64,000 bases of DNA from Chrysomallon squamiferum (taxonomy: Eukaryota; Animalia; Mollusca), in contig CM022670.1 in the NCBI GenBank assembly GCA_012295275.1, positions 41,850,001 through 41,914,000 on the forward strand, given 5' to 3'. Positions 1 through 12,100 of this stretch are shown piece by piece. Position numbers and translations under genes: made by a program. Position 1 is the first letter of the stretch. Every line of letters begins with the position of its first letter. The notes under the pieces were generated by a model. That model made no database searches, was not told the origin of the DNA, and saw only the letters and a list, made by a program, of their open reading frames with translations.

Positions 1-1658
1 CTAAAGCCTGGGGACAGCAGTTCTCTCAGTGTCTGAGTCTTTGTTGAGAGTGCAATGCGTGAGGTCAAAAGTGACCTGGCCGCAGTGGCCGATGTGTTGT
101 TGACTTTGCTGGACACAGACTTGACCTGCTGTGTTGCCAGTGTCTTGGACAGCAGGCTGGACTTGCTTCCGACCACATTGTTCTTCTGCAGCAACTGATC
201 TGCAACAGGAAGGAATTCTACAAGTCCACTAATGTTTAAAATTAACGACAATCAGGAATTTATTTTCTTTTTGGTAAGAAAACATTTTATTAACAGCTAT
301 TCCAGACAGATGAAAAAATAAAGTGTGTAATTTTATAAACAGACACAGGCTGGAATGAACACAAACTGCACTGACTGAGCTGTGGACACCCAGGACTAAC
401 TACATTTTATTTATTTGTCTCTTGGAATCAAGTGTGTATACTTTCTGCTTTTCATCAATAAAAGCCACAGAACGATATGCAGCGAGTATAAATATTTTTC
501 TGAAGTCACCTTTCTAACACTGACGTTTTCATTTATTCAACATTCTTTCAGTATCATGCAGTATTCACATTCAGTTCAAAAAGAATGTCAAATGGTTTAA
601 AAAATTTTATCATGACAGCTTTAAAAAAAAATAAATGATATGTCATAAAAAAATAATAATAATAATAAATATAAATAAATTTATAACTGATAGATTAGTA
701 CTGAAACAGTTTGATCATCAACAAAATAAAATAAAATAAAATTTTAAATAATCTGGAAAGCGAACAGTTATTTTTTTATCTGATAATTTGATTTTGTCCA
801 ATTCATTAACTGTATCACTTAGTTAAATATTTAATTGGATATCATGAATTTGCTTTTAGTTAACTGAGTACAGAATATTTAAAAAAATATTATTATTAAT
901 ATCAAAGACAGTCTTTATTCTGTATGATGTAACTTCAGCCAAAGATGAAAAAGAGAAAGTCAAACAATGGTAGCTGAATATTTATTTATAATTATTTCAG
1001 AATTTAAAACAATAACTAACAAATAATAAATATTTGTTTTAAAAAACAAAATTATGAAACAAAAATATCAACAAGCAACTGTGACATATTAAATTTCTAA
1101 AAATAAACACCCTGTCCAAAAAAAAAAATAGCACAGTAACCTGTTTCAGCATGCTTTTAACCAAAAAATAAAATCTGCTAATATATAAAGCAAGATCTCC
1201 TTATTTAGAATTTTCTGAAATCTAAATTTTATTTTTCAAAGCACATGTTTAGAATATTATATTACTGTGAATTATTTCAAGTTTTATAAGAAAACCTGAG
1301 TTATGATGAAATCCAGTTCATCAGTCCTGTCTAGTTATGTAATCTGTGTGCATATATTTCTCAGAACATTATTATTAAATATCAGTCATTTCAAAAAAAA
1401 AATTAAAAGCTTGTTTCCCTACTGTATAAACTTTTCCCCACTCCTAATTTATTTACTAACAGTAACAGAATAAATAACTAAATAACTAAATAAATAAATA
1501 AATAAAACATTTAGGTTTTTTTAAAATTACAACATCTGCGTATTAATATTTTAAAACTGGACTGGTCACTTACTCCTGGCCTTCGTCCGAAGTGACTGTC
1601 TGACTCCTGCTGCTGACAGAACGCTGCCAGACGTTGCTCGTGAGGTTGACGTGTCCAT
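1..1658 (-). CDS. ASXL: 5' part of a probable Additional sex combs-like (Asx/ASXL) gene; continues beyond the left edge
   Basis: Coding exons 1574-1658 (ATG at 1658, donor GTAAGT, phase 1; exon acceptor at 1705-1706) and 1-199 (acceptor TTGCAG) join in frame: MDTSTSRATSGSVLSAAGVRQSLRTKARNQLLQKNNVVGSKSSLLSK...LSTKTQTLRELLSPGF. The end resembles the insect Asx motif TMREVLASIPGF that precedes the DEUBAD domain (recalled). The head-to-head position with CCDC178 matches human ASXL3. The diagnostic domains lie outside the window. Confidence 0.62.
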
Positions 1659-3139
1659 GTTTCAGCCATCTCCCACACAGAGATCTCTCACTACCATGAT
1701 CCACCTGAAAGTCAACAAAAAGTTTTACTCATCTTTTCTTTATATCAGACATTTATATAAAGAGTTAAAAAAACTTAACCACACACAATAATTATCTGTT
1801 TTCTACATTAGTGCAGAGATTTTATGTTTTTCTAAAGCTATCAGTAATAACTGTAATGGTGAATTATATGTGTATATGTTGAAAAAGAACAAATCAGTGA
1901 AACAGAGTAAGTGTATGTTGTTTCTTTCAGGATACATTCCAAGTTATGCAGATAATATGTTTCAATAAACAATACCTATATTTCAAATTAATATTTCTGA
2001 TTCATTAATCATGTGAAAAGTATCATCAATTTATATAAAATCAAAAACACACACAAAACATGTTATGATAATCCTGCATTATTCAACAGTTTCATTTTCT
2101 CAAGACTAAGTGTTTATAAAACCATATTTGTACATCATGGCATACAAAAATTATAATTATATTCAAAGCATTCTGTGACTATATTTTAACTGTTTTTCTT
2201 TCAAATATGATTTTAAAAGCTATCTCAATTTATCACAGTGATTTTAAAAATAATTAAAAGATTGGTTTTCATTTAATTATAGATATAAACAGTTTTAACA
2301 TTTCAAGAGTTTATCAACAGGTAACTTAATAATATACAACTTAAACAGCTAATACAAATTTTAACAACTAATATTGCTGCTTAACTGAAACATTGGAGAA
2401 TTCTGATTAACTTTTGCCTGAATTATGAATTTATAAAATAAAATGATTTTGTTAATATAAATACTAGCTTATTCACAGTAGGTATGATACATATAAATGT
2501 ACATTAACTTTTTAGTAAAATGTATTCAACAAATTTATACATTTTTGTTTTGACAAGAAACAAATTCATATGGAAATGTGTATTATAAAAATAACACTTA
2601 GCTTTCCTATAAAGGTTTATTTTGGGTACATTAAACTGACATTATATAGTTGATAACCAAAACGTTTTTCAGATAAATAAATCATATTATATGAAATCAA
2701 ATTCATGGAGATTTATATTATAAACAAAAATATTAAGAAACCACTATCAAAGATTATAAAATTTTCAAAAATATATGAAATAATGATACTTATTCAAAAC
2801 AGAAATAATTATAATTCATAAAAGTATGTACAGAAAAGTTACTTTATTGAAAAAATAAAAACGTAATAATAATAACTAAAAACATAAAAACAAAATAAAG
2901 GTTGGATGAGCTGCTCAGCTGGTAGTTTTTCTTACAAATTTAATGTCAGAATTAAAAATGAAATGATTACTATATATAAATAATTCAGAATGCTTTGAAT
3001 ATTTACAATATACTTAAACATTTTGTGTAATATTTACGAATAACAGTAATTAAAAAAACACATATTAAAGTGTAATAAAATGAAAATAACCAAAATAATT
3101 TGCCTGGAGAATTCATAGAACTGTACAAATATTATCCAT

Positions 3140-4364
3140 GTTTATAAATGACGCATCATACGTCCACAAAAATAAGTGTTTTTGATACACACCTTCTAAC
3201 ATAACAAAAACACAACGAAACTGAATAATAATAATTTAAGTGTGTGATTAAATTGCGATTTTATAACGTTGTTTATACTGCAATATTCCTGGTGGTAGCC
3301 GCCATTTTTAACAGGGCAAATATGTATATCGATAATTTCCGTAATCAATCGAGCATTTCCGCTTTATGACTTGGGTCGGCCTTGTTAACGATAAGTGCGA
3401 CAAAAAGATGTAGTGAGAATTTTCAAAATCTAATAAAAAGAGCCAAATAATGCTTATACATTTCATAAATGATACCTCCTGACCTATTAAAACATTAGCA
3501 AAACAGAGAAACTAAAGGTTAAAAGCTGGCAAGCAAAAAAACATAGCTGACAGTTTTATTTTATACTATCTGGCGATAAATCCATTTAGTTTAAAATGAT
3601 AACACTGACAGAATGTCGGGAGATTTTATTATTTTATTTTTATTTTTAAAGAAGAAGAAAGAAAAATGAAAGTTTTCGTGAACGTAAAATTTCACTGTTG
3701 CAAGCAATGAATCATATTTTGCTTTAAATGAAATAGACAATATTATTTTAGAACTGCAAATGGAAACTTAATATATTACATTTGATAATAAGAAGAAATA
3801 GTTTAACTACTTCTAAGATAGTTTTTATATGGTTTCTAGCCATTCTTAGTTAACAGTCAAGTATAACGACAAACGAACGCAGTTTAAAAATATATGGGCG
3901 TTGACAGGTCGTGGCACTATCGCTGAAAGAACCAAGCAGTTTACCGTAAAGTTTCTCCTAATACTGTTAGACAATTACAGCTACGGGCGTGTTCAAATGT
4001 TTTGTAACAATATGATTTCATTACTAAGTGTAATGATATGTTGCTGTATCAATAATTATAGACTTAAATGGAATTAGTATAAAGAATTTCATTATACCAT
4101 TTATTTATTTATTTACTGGTTTCTTTTTCCGTTTCGGTGCAGTACATTAAAAATATGCATATGGAGTTAATATAGTTGTCACGTCTGTAAATGTGTATAT
4201 ATGTATGTAAAATAAACCAAAGTCATGGCATTTCATGAAATCTGTTATAATAAAAATATTGAAACTTCCCTCGAATATAATTATTTTCACATACATTTCA
4301 AAAACAGTTCAAACATCAATTCTTAGATTATAAAAATATCTTTTTTTAGGAATATGTTTATCAA

Positions 4365-4417
<53 letters not shown>

Positions 4418-4533
4418 TTAGCTTAAGTCATTTAATGCGTTTTAATATCAAGCAAAATAAAAACATCCTTCAGAAACAAATCATTTTGTTTTATCAAACA
4501 CCTTTTATATTTTCGAATTTTCTTTTATTTGTA

Positions 4534-4580
<47 letters not shown>

Positions 4581-4700
4581 TATTATAAATGTTAGTCTTA
4601 TTATTATTTTATTATTTTCATATCGGTTCCGTGAAATGTTAAACAGGTTCGGTATTTTCCGTTCCGTGGAAACAGTATGGCGTCAAAATGGCGATTGTAC
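3140..4700. promoter_or_regulatory. Probable bidirectional promoter region between ASXL-like (minus) and CCDC178-like (plus)
   Basis: CpG is frequent here and rare in the flanking gene bodies. Outward-facing YY1-type motifs: GCCGCCATTTTT at 3298-3309 (AAAATGGCGGC on minus) and CAAAATGGCG at 4684-4693 (plus). Confidence 0.55.
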
Positions 4701-5532
4701 ATAAACACTACAGACACAAACATATTTTGCAGTTAGCTTTTTAATTCATGATGGGTTTGTTTTCAAATGGATATTAGCATTGAGACATAATAATTTAATA
4801 TATTTTGAACAAAAGATTGGATTATTTGTTTACTTCATAGATATATTTTTTATAAAACCGACAAATTATTTAGAATTTTAACATTGATACCAGAGCATTA
4901 TATAAATCACCAAGGACTTATTACTTACTTTAATAAAGACTTTGCATGTTAAAAAGTTAAAACTCTTATAAATAAATAAACAAATAAATAAATTATATTA
5001 TTGGTACAGTTATCTGTTTTTATTATATCTTTTCAATTGTTTTTGAATCTTTGTAATTCATATTTTAATAATTACATTAGTTTACTAACTGACAGTACTG
5101 CAGAAACTTTTAATGTTAAATAATTTAAAACTATGAAATTTGCTAATGAATAAATATATAAGTATTTAAAACATATTTCACAGTTTTGATCGTCATATAA
5201 GTTAACTTTCTGTAGATGTTAATGTAGAATTTATTTTTCTAACAGAGATAATCCAGTTTTTACATTTGATTTATTTCAGAAGATTTTTCAGCTATTCTCA
5301 TACGGCACTGTTATGTGTCATCATTTTATATTCACTTAGTAACTTTTTACAGTATATTTATTGTTTTATTTAGTATTTTTAATATAACTGGTTGACATTA
5401 TAATATTGAGGATAAGATGTATTAAAAAAATTTTGCTTTCATATCACTTTATTTTTTTTAGGATAAAAATGGAGAAGTGTTTTCTGTGAGATTTATGTTT
5501 TGAGATTTATGTTGTGAGATTTATGTTGTGAG

Positions 5533-6066
5533 ATGGAGAAAGTGGTCAGAGTGGAGCAGGTGGCTCATCCTGATGACAGTAGTAAAAACAGCGGAGACAG
5601 AAATCTCTTACAAGGTGACTTTATTTCTTAATTATCATTGATATGAATGAATAAATTAGTACATTATAAATAACAGTTATTAAGTATACAAAATGTAGTT
5701 TTTGTATAAAAAATTGATTTTAGATGGGTTTTTTTGTTCCTTGATGATCATGTTTGTATTTGACAGTTTTTAAATTTCCAGTTAGACAAGTAATGAAGGT
5801 AGTTAAAAATTTTTTTTTAATATAATTTCACATATATCTAAATGTTTATTATTTGTTTATGCAGATGATTCTGACGCACAGGTTGATATTTTTGGAGAAG
5901 AGGAAAAAGCAGTCATTGAAAAAGAACAAGAAGGTTAGTTCAAAGTTTCTGTTTGTATTTTGTAATGGTTATGTCTCTTTCTTGTCTTGTTATTAAGATT
6001 AATTATATTTTAAATCTATCTACCTTTCTCTGCCTCTCTCTCTCTGACACTCTCAGTACCTCTCTG

Positions 6067-6156
<90 letters not shown>

Positions 6157-9100
6157 ACTCTCTGTACCTCTCTCTCTCTCTCTCTCTCTTGTCTCTCTCT
6201 CTCTTCTTTGTTTCTTCTTGTTCTCTCTCTTTCTGTTTCTTTCTCTGTCTCTCTCAGATCAGCTCTCATTCTTTGTTTCTTGCTTGTTCTTCTGAGTTGC
6301 CTCCCAACTGGACTGAACTAGCTGGAATTGGTCGACGGCGTAGCTGTGAGCTGTCGAAGTCGAGCACGCCATGTGTGAAGAAAGCCGTGTCTCACCTTGA
6401 ACTCATTCAAACAGTGATTGAAGACTGGTTCAGAAAGACACCTGACAGGTCTGCCAGTGACACATCAGTGATGTCATCCGCAGGTGAGAAATACACACAC
6501 AGACTCTTAGATAAACAGATGTATCTGTCTATATCTCTTATCTATCTATCTATTTATAATGTATCTGTCTACATTTTGTTTGTTTGCTGTTTTTTCGTGT
6601 TTTCATTTAATGTCATTGATTGTCAGTGAGTGAAGTTCTGAGATAACAGATTTGTTTTGCTGCAGTTACTGAAATCAGGCAACAAACTCTTAATGGAAAT
6701 AGTTTGTTATCTCCCTTTTTTCTGCTTCTCTCTGTCTCTGTGTCTCTCTGTCTCTGCGTCTCTCTGTCTGAAACACCAAGCACAATGTTTGATATATATA
6801 CAGTCTTGCTTCTTTTAATAAATGTAAGTGTACCACAAACTATTTCCATTATGTTTGGTCTTCTAATGTTGCAATTGGAGGTTTTGTAACTCCAGGCGGG
6901 ACCAGGAAACAGCTGCGGTTCCTGGACAACAAGATGCATGCTGGGACATCAGCTGGGAGCAAGAGTCGAACAAGTGAGGCAATGACTGGCGCCTCCAGGG
7001 CCAGCACTCTTAGTGTGAAGGGAGTCGGAGCGCAGGTGGACGAAGGTCAGTGGCAACAAAACTTGTCCAGTATATCTAGTCAGTGTTCACTATAACTGGT
7101 CATTGCATATTGTTAATGGTCAATGTGTCTGTAATAGGTCAGTGTCCACTATAACTGGTCAGAATAGTCTATAATTGGTCAGTGTCGTCTATAATTGGTA
7201 ACTGTTCTCTATAACTGATAGGTGTCCACTGCAGTTGGTCAGTTTCATCTACAGTTGGTTGATGTCCACTGAAACTGGTCTGTTTAAATGTGGATCACAT
7301 TTACAGCTCATTACAAACACATTATTTACTCAGTAATGAAGATTTCTATTTTCATTTCACTTAATATGACATTTTTTTTAAATAGTTTAGTTTTACAGTG
7401 GACAGTATGTATGCTTTGGAGCATGTTTAATCTATGTATGTTTGTATCTATATATATATATAAACGTTATATATATATATATACAAGTGTTATATATCAC
7501 ACACACACACACACACATATATATACATACATACATGCATAGATAAACATGCTCCAATGTACACACACACATACACATATGTTCATACATGCATACATAC
7601 ATACAGACAGACATATGTAAATGCACACACAAACATGTATGTATGTATGTATGTATTAGTATATACTGTCATAGTGGTAAACATGTTTGTGTTTGTACAT
7701 GTACGTACAGCAGATGTGTCAGACAATGAACTTCCCTACCTGGGCGCTGATGATGTCATCAGTGAGGTCATTGTCCTGATGGCTCGACTGGACAACGAAT
7801 GTCAGGAGACGCTGAAAAAACTGCACAGAGAAAACAACAAAGTGGGCACGCTCAGCAAGAAGATCGATGACCTGTGTTTAAAACGTCTGCGAGATCTACC
7901 TGTCTTAGTGCAGAAAGGTAATAATGTCTGTCATGTGTGTACAGATGGGTGAATAGATGGATGGATGGATGGACAGATGATGGACAGATAAGTGGACTGA
8001 TAGTTTTATAAAATGTAAGGTTTACCAGTATTAGTACAGGAAAGTAAATAATGTGTATGTACATATGTATGTATGTCTGTTTGTGCGTGTGTGTGTGAAT
8101 AAATATGTAAATTACATATATATATGTATTTTGCATTTTTACAAACACTATTTGATACATAATTTCAAATTTATATTTGTTTAAATGTGAAGCATTGCAT
8201 GTGTAGATTATTTAAATTGATTTAAGTCAACTATTTTTATTTAGTTTTGTTATTTGAATTATTTAAATTTAATTAAGTAAACTATTTTTATTTAGTTTTA
8301 TTATTTAAATTATTTAAATTTAATTTAAGTAAGCTGTTTTTATCTAGTTTTGTTGTTTAAATGGTTTAAGTTATTTAAGTAAACTGTTTGGTTTGGTTAT
8401 TTAAATTAAGTTATTTAAGTTAACTGTTTAGTTTTGTTATTTAAATTAAGTTATTTAAGTAAACTGTTTAGTTTTGTTATTTAAATTAAGTTATTTAAGT
8501 AAACTGTTTAGTTTTGTTATTTAAATTATTTAAGTAAACTGTTTAGTTTTGTTATTTAAGTTATTTAAGTTAACTTAAGTTGGTTGTTGTTGAACAGAAC
8601 ATGAGGCGTGTATCATTGACCTGAATGAACTGCAGTGGCACGTTGCGTACAGGAAGAGGATGGAGCGACGTCTCAAAGACAGAATGGAAAGTGCTGAGTT
8701 GCTCAACTCCAGATACAAGGAGGACATCTCCTTCGTCAAGAAACACATGTAACACTCGATTGTCATTGATTCTTTTTTAAAATCATTTCTCAGATTTAAT
8801 ACAAAGTACATTAAGTCATCATCAGCTAATGATTATTCAAATGCAGACAGGTCAATGAGGTCATAAGTTTATTTCCCTTTGTAGCACCATCTTGTGGCTT
8901 GTTTATCAGTGAACACAGTGAGTGTTTTCCTGCTTATGGGAAGGTATAAGAAATCTTTCTTGCTGATGAGTAATCTACATCTCCACGACAACTGTTTTTC
9001 TCATGTCTTTGTAAAGTTTTGTCCAGCTAAAATGTAAATTGTTTCCTAAACCAAACATGTTACATTCTTATTGTGAGTGTGATTTTTTTAAAATAATTTT

Positions 9101-12100
9101 TTTGATTATTTAACAGTTAATGTTATACTTTTTTTTCATAAAACAAAAGTGTTATATTCACATTATGAGTGTGGTGTCATAATAGTAAATATGAGTATTA
9201 TTAAAAAGATGTTATTTGTTTTGTCAAGTCCTCTGGTACAGGAGAAGTTACAGCTGGAGGTGGAGGCCATGGACAAGATAAAACGAGCACAGTCTGAGGT
9301 TTGTTTTTAAACACAAAACACACATCAGTGTGTCAGTGTACACGTGTTTGAGTATTTTTATTAAAATAAGCAAAATCTATAGTGTTGTAAAAATATTCTG
9401 TATTAAATATTCTCTTAGATCAGTCCTCAGCATTTTCATTTACCCATCAGACTGTTGAAAACATTGATATATTAGTGAGAAGGGTTTTGTATACAATTAC
9501 ATCTTATATACTCAGATATGATAAACATATAGAGTTAAGTCTTGTTCTTTCAGATACTATGCATCTGTATATTCAGATACAATACATCTGAAGAGTTAAA
9601 TCTTGTACATTCAGATACAATACATATAGAGAGTTAACTCTTGTACATTCAGATACAATACATCTGTACAGTTAATTCTTGTACATTCAGATACAATACA
9701 TCTATAGAGTTAATTCTTGTACATTCAGATACAATACATCTATAGAGTTAAATCTTGTACATTCAGATACAATACATATAGAGAGTTAACTCTTGTACAT
9801 TCAGATACAACACATCTCTACAGTTAATTCTTGTACATTCAGATACAACACATCTCTACAGTTAAATCTTGTACATTCAGATACAATACATATAGAGAGT
9901 TAACTCTTGTACATTCAGATACAACACATCTCTACAGTTAAATCTTGTACATTCAGATACAATACATCTATAGAGTTAATTCTTGTACATTCAGATACAA
10001 TACATCTATAGAGTTAAATCTTGTACATTCAGATACAATACATCTCTAGAGTTAAATCTTGTACATTCAGATACAATACATCTATAGAGTTAATTCTTAT
10101 ACATTCAGATACAATACATCTATACAGTTAAATCTTATACATTCAGATACAATACATCTATAGAGTTAACTTTGTAGACTGGTTTTCAAGTTAGATCTTT
10201 GTACTTACATGTCTCAAAGCCACATAGTTACATGAAATCAAAGTGATTTAATCTGTGATAAAAGTGGTTTAATCTGTGATTTAATCTGACCGCAGACTGA
10301 CCAGGAGCTGCAGGTGACAAAACAGCGCCAGGCTAAGACTGAGCAGAAGTCCGAGGAGGCTGCATCGAAAGCAGAAACAGAACGAGGCTACATCAAGAAA
10401 GAACTGGACACTGTCCGAGACCACCTTGACCAGATCAGGTAAACTTTACCCATAATTCTCCTCTCTGCTTTTGGTATTATTTTTTATAAAATGATAGTTT
10501 ATTTAACACAGATGATAAATAACATAAAATTACTGCAGTTTCTTTTTGATGTTGGATTGGTTTTAACTGTATTTGTAATATTTTTTTGTGTTAGATTGGT
10601 TTTAGCTGTATTTGTAATGTTTTGTTGTGTTAGACTGGTTTTTTTGTGTTTTAGCTGTATTTGTAATGTTTTAGATGTATTTGTAATGTTTTAGATGTAT
10701 TTGTAATGTTTTGTTGTGTTAGATTGGTTTTAGCTGTATTTGTAATGTTTTACTGAGTTAGATTGGTTTTAGATGTAACATGTATGCATATGAAATAAAA
10801 CTGTGTGATGTTGTTCAGTGAGGAGTTGTCTGAGGCGAAGATGCTGTACAACTCATACGTTCACCAAATCAATGAAATCAAACAACAACTGAAAGACAAC
10901 AGCGAAGAACTCAAAGTGCTCAAAGTGAAACGAGAAAATGCCAAAGTTGCAGATGAAATGCAGGCAGTGAAGGTAGAGTGTTAAGATGTTATCTATTTTG
11001 TGATGTGCTGAACCAGTGAAACAAAAACTCATTAAAGTACCTTGACCTGCAATAAACATATTCGTTTGTTAAGTCAAATATGCATGTGTAGCCACTGGGA
11101 GGTGACCAACACATAATTGCATTCTAGATCCACAGCATTAAATCATTTTATTTTTTCAATGACTAAATAATTGTTTGTTAAGGATTAACAGTATTTTTGT
11201 ATGAGACTAACACATTTTTTATTTAACACAAACTGACTGTTTGTTTGTTTGTTTGTTTTATTCCAGGTTCGTGAACTGCAGGCTCAGATTTCAGATGCAC
11301 AGCTTGACAACCAAAAAGTTGAAAACACGAGCAGTCAACTCAGAGATGAACTACATCAACTTGTGAGTTTGTTTGTTGAACAAATAAAAATAACAGAAAA
11401 ACAGTTCTGCAGTTTTAATTTGTTGAATAACATATAGACAAATTAAACAAAAGAGGAAGAAATAAAAATTCTTTCAACAATAATGATTTCTTCCAGCTAA
11501 CTAAAATAGCAGATTAATTACTTGAAAACAGCTAACCATCATCATTAGAACATACTGAAAAGAAAAGGAAAAGAAAAGTTGTTTAGTCTGATTATCAGAG
11601 TATGTGTAGGGAGGTTTGAGTGAGGTGAAGCAGTGTTTTAGTGTAAGGCTGAATGTTTTAAATGTGAATGTTTTCAGTGTGAATGTTTTAAATGTGAATG
11701 TTTTAAATGTGAATGTTTTCAGTGTGAATGTTTTAAATGGGAATGTTTTAAATGTGAATGTTTTAAATCTGAATGTTTTAAATGTGAATGTTTTAAATGG
11801 GAATGTTTTAAATGGGAATGTTTTCAGTGTGAATGTTTTAAACATGAATGTTTTAAATCTGAATGTTTTAAATGTGAATGTTTTAAACGTGAATGTTTTC
11901 AGTGTGAATGTTTTAAATGTGAATGTTTTAGTGTAAGGCTGAATGTTTTAAATGTGAATGTTTCAAATGTGAATGTTTTAAAAGTAAATATTTTAAATGT
12001 GAATGTTTTAGTGTAAGGCTGAATGTTTTAAATGGGAATGTTTTAAACGTGAATGTTTTCATTGTGAATGTTTTAAATGGGAATGTTTTAGTGTATGACT

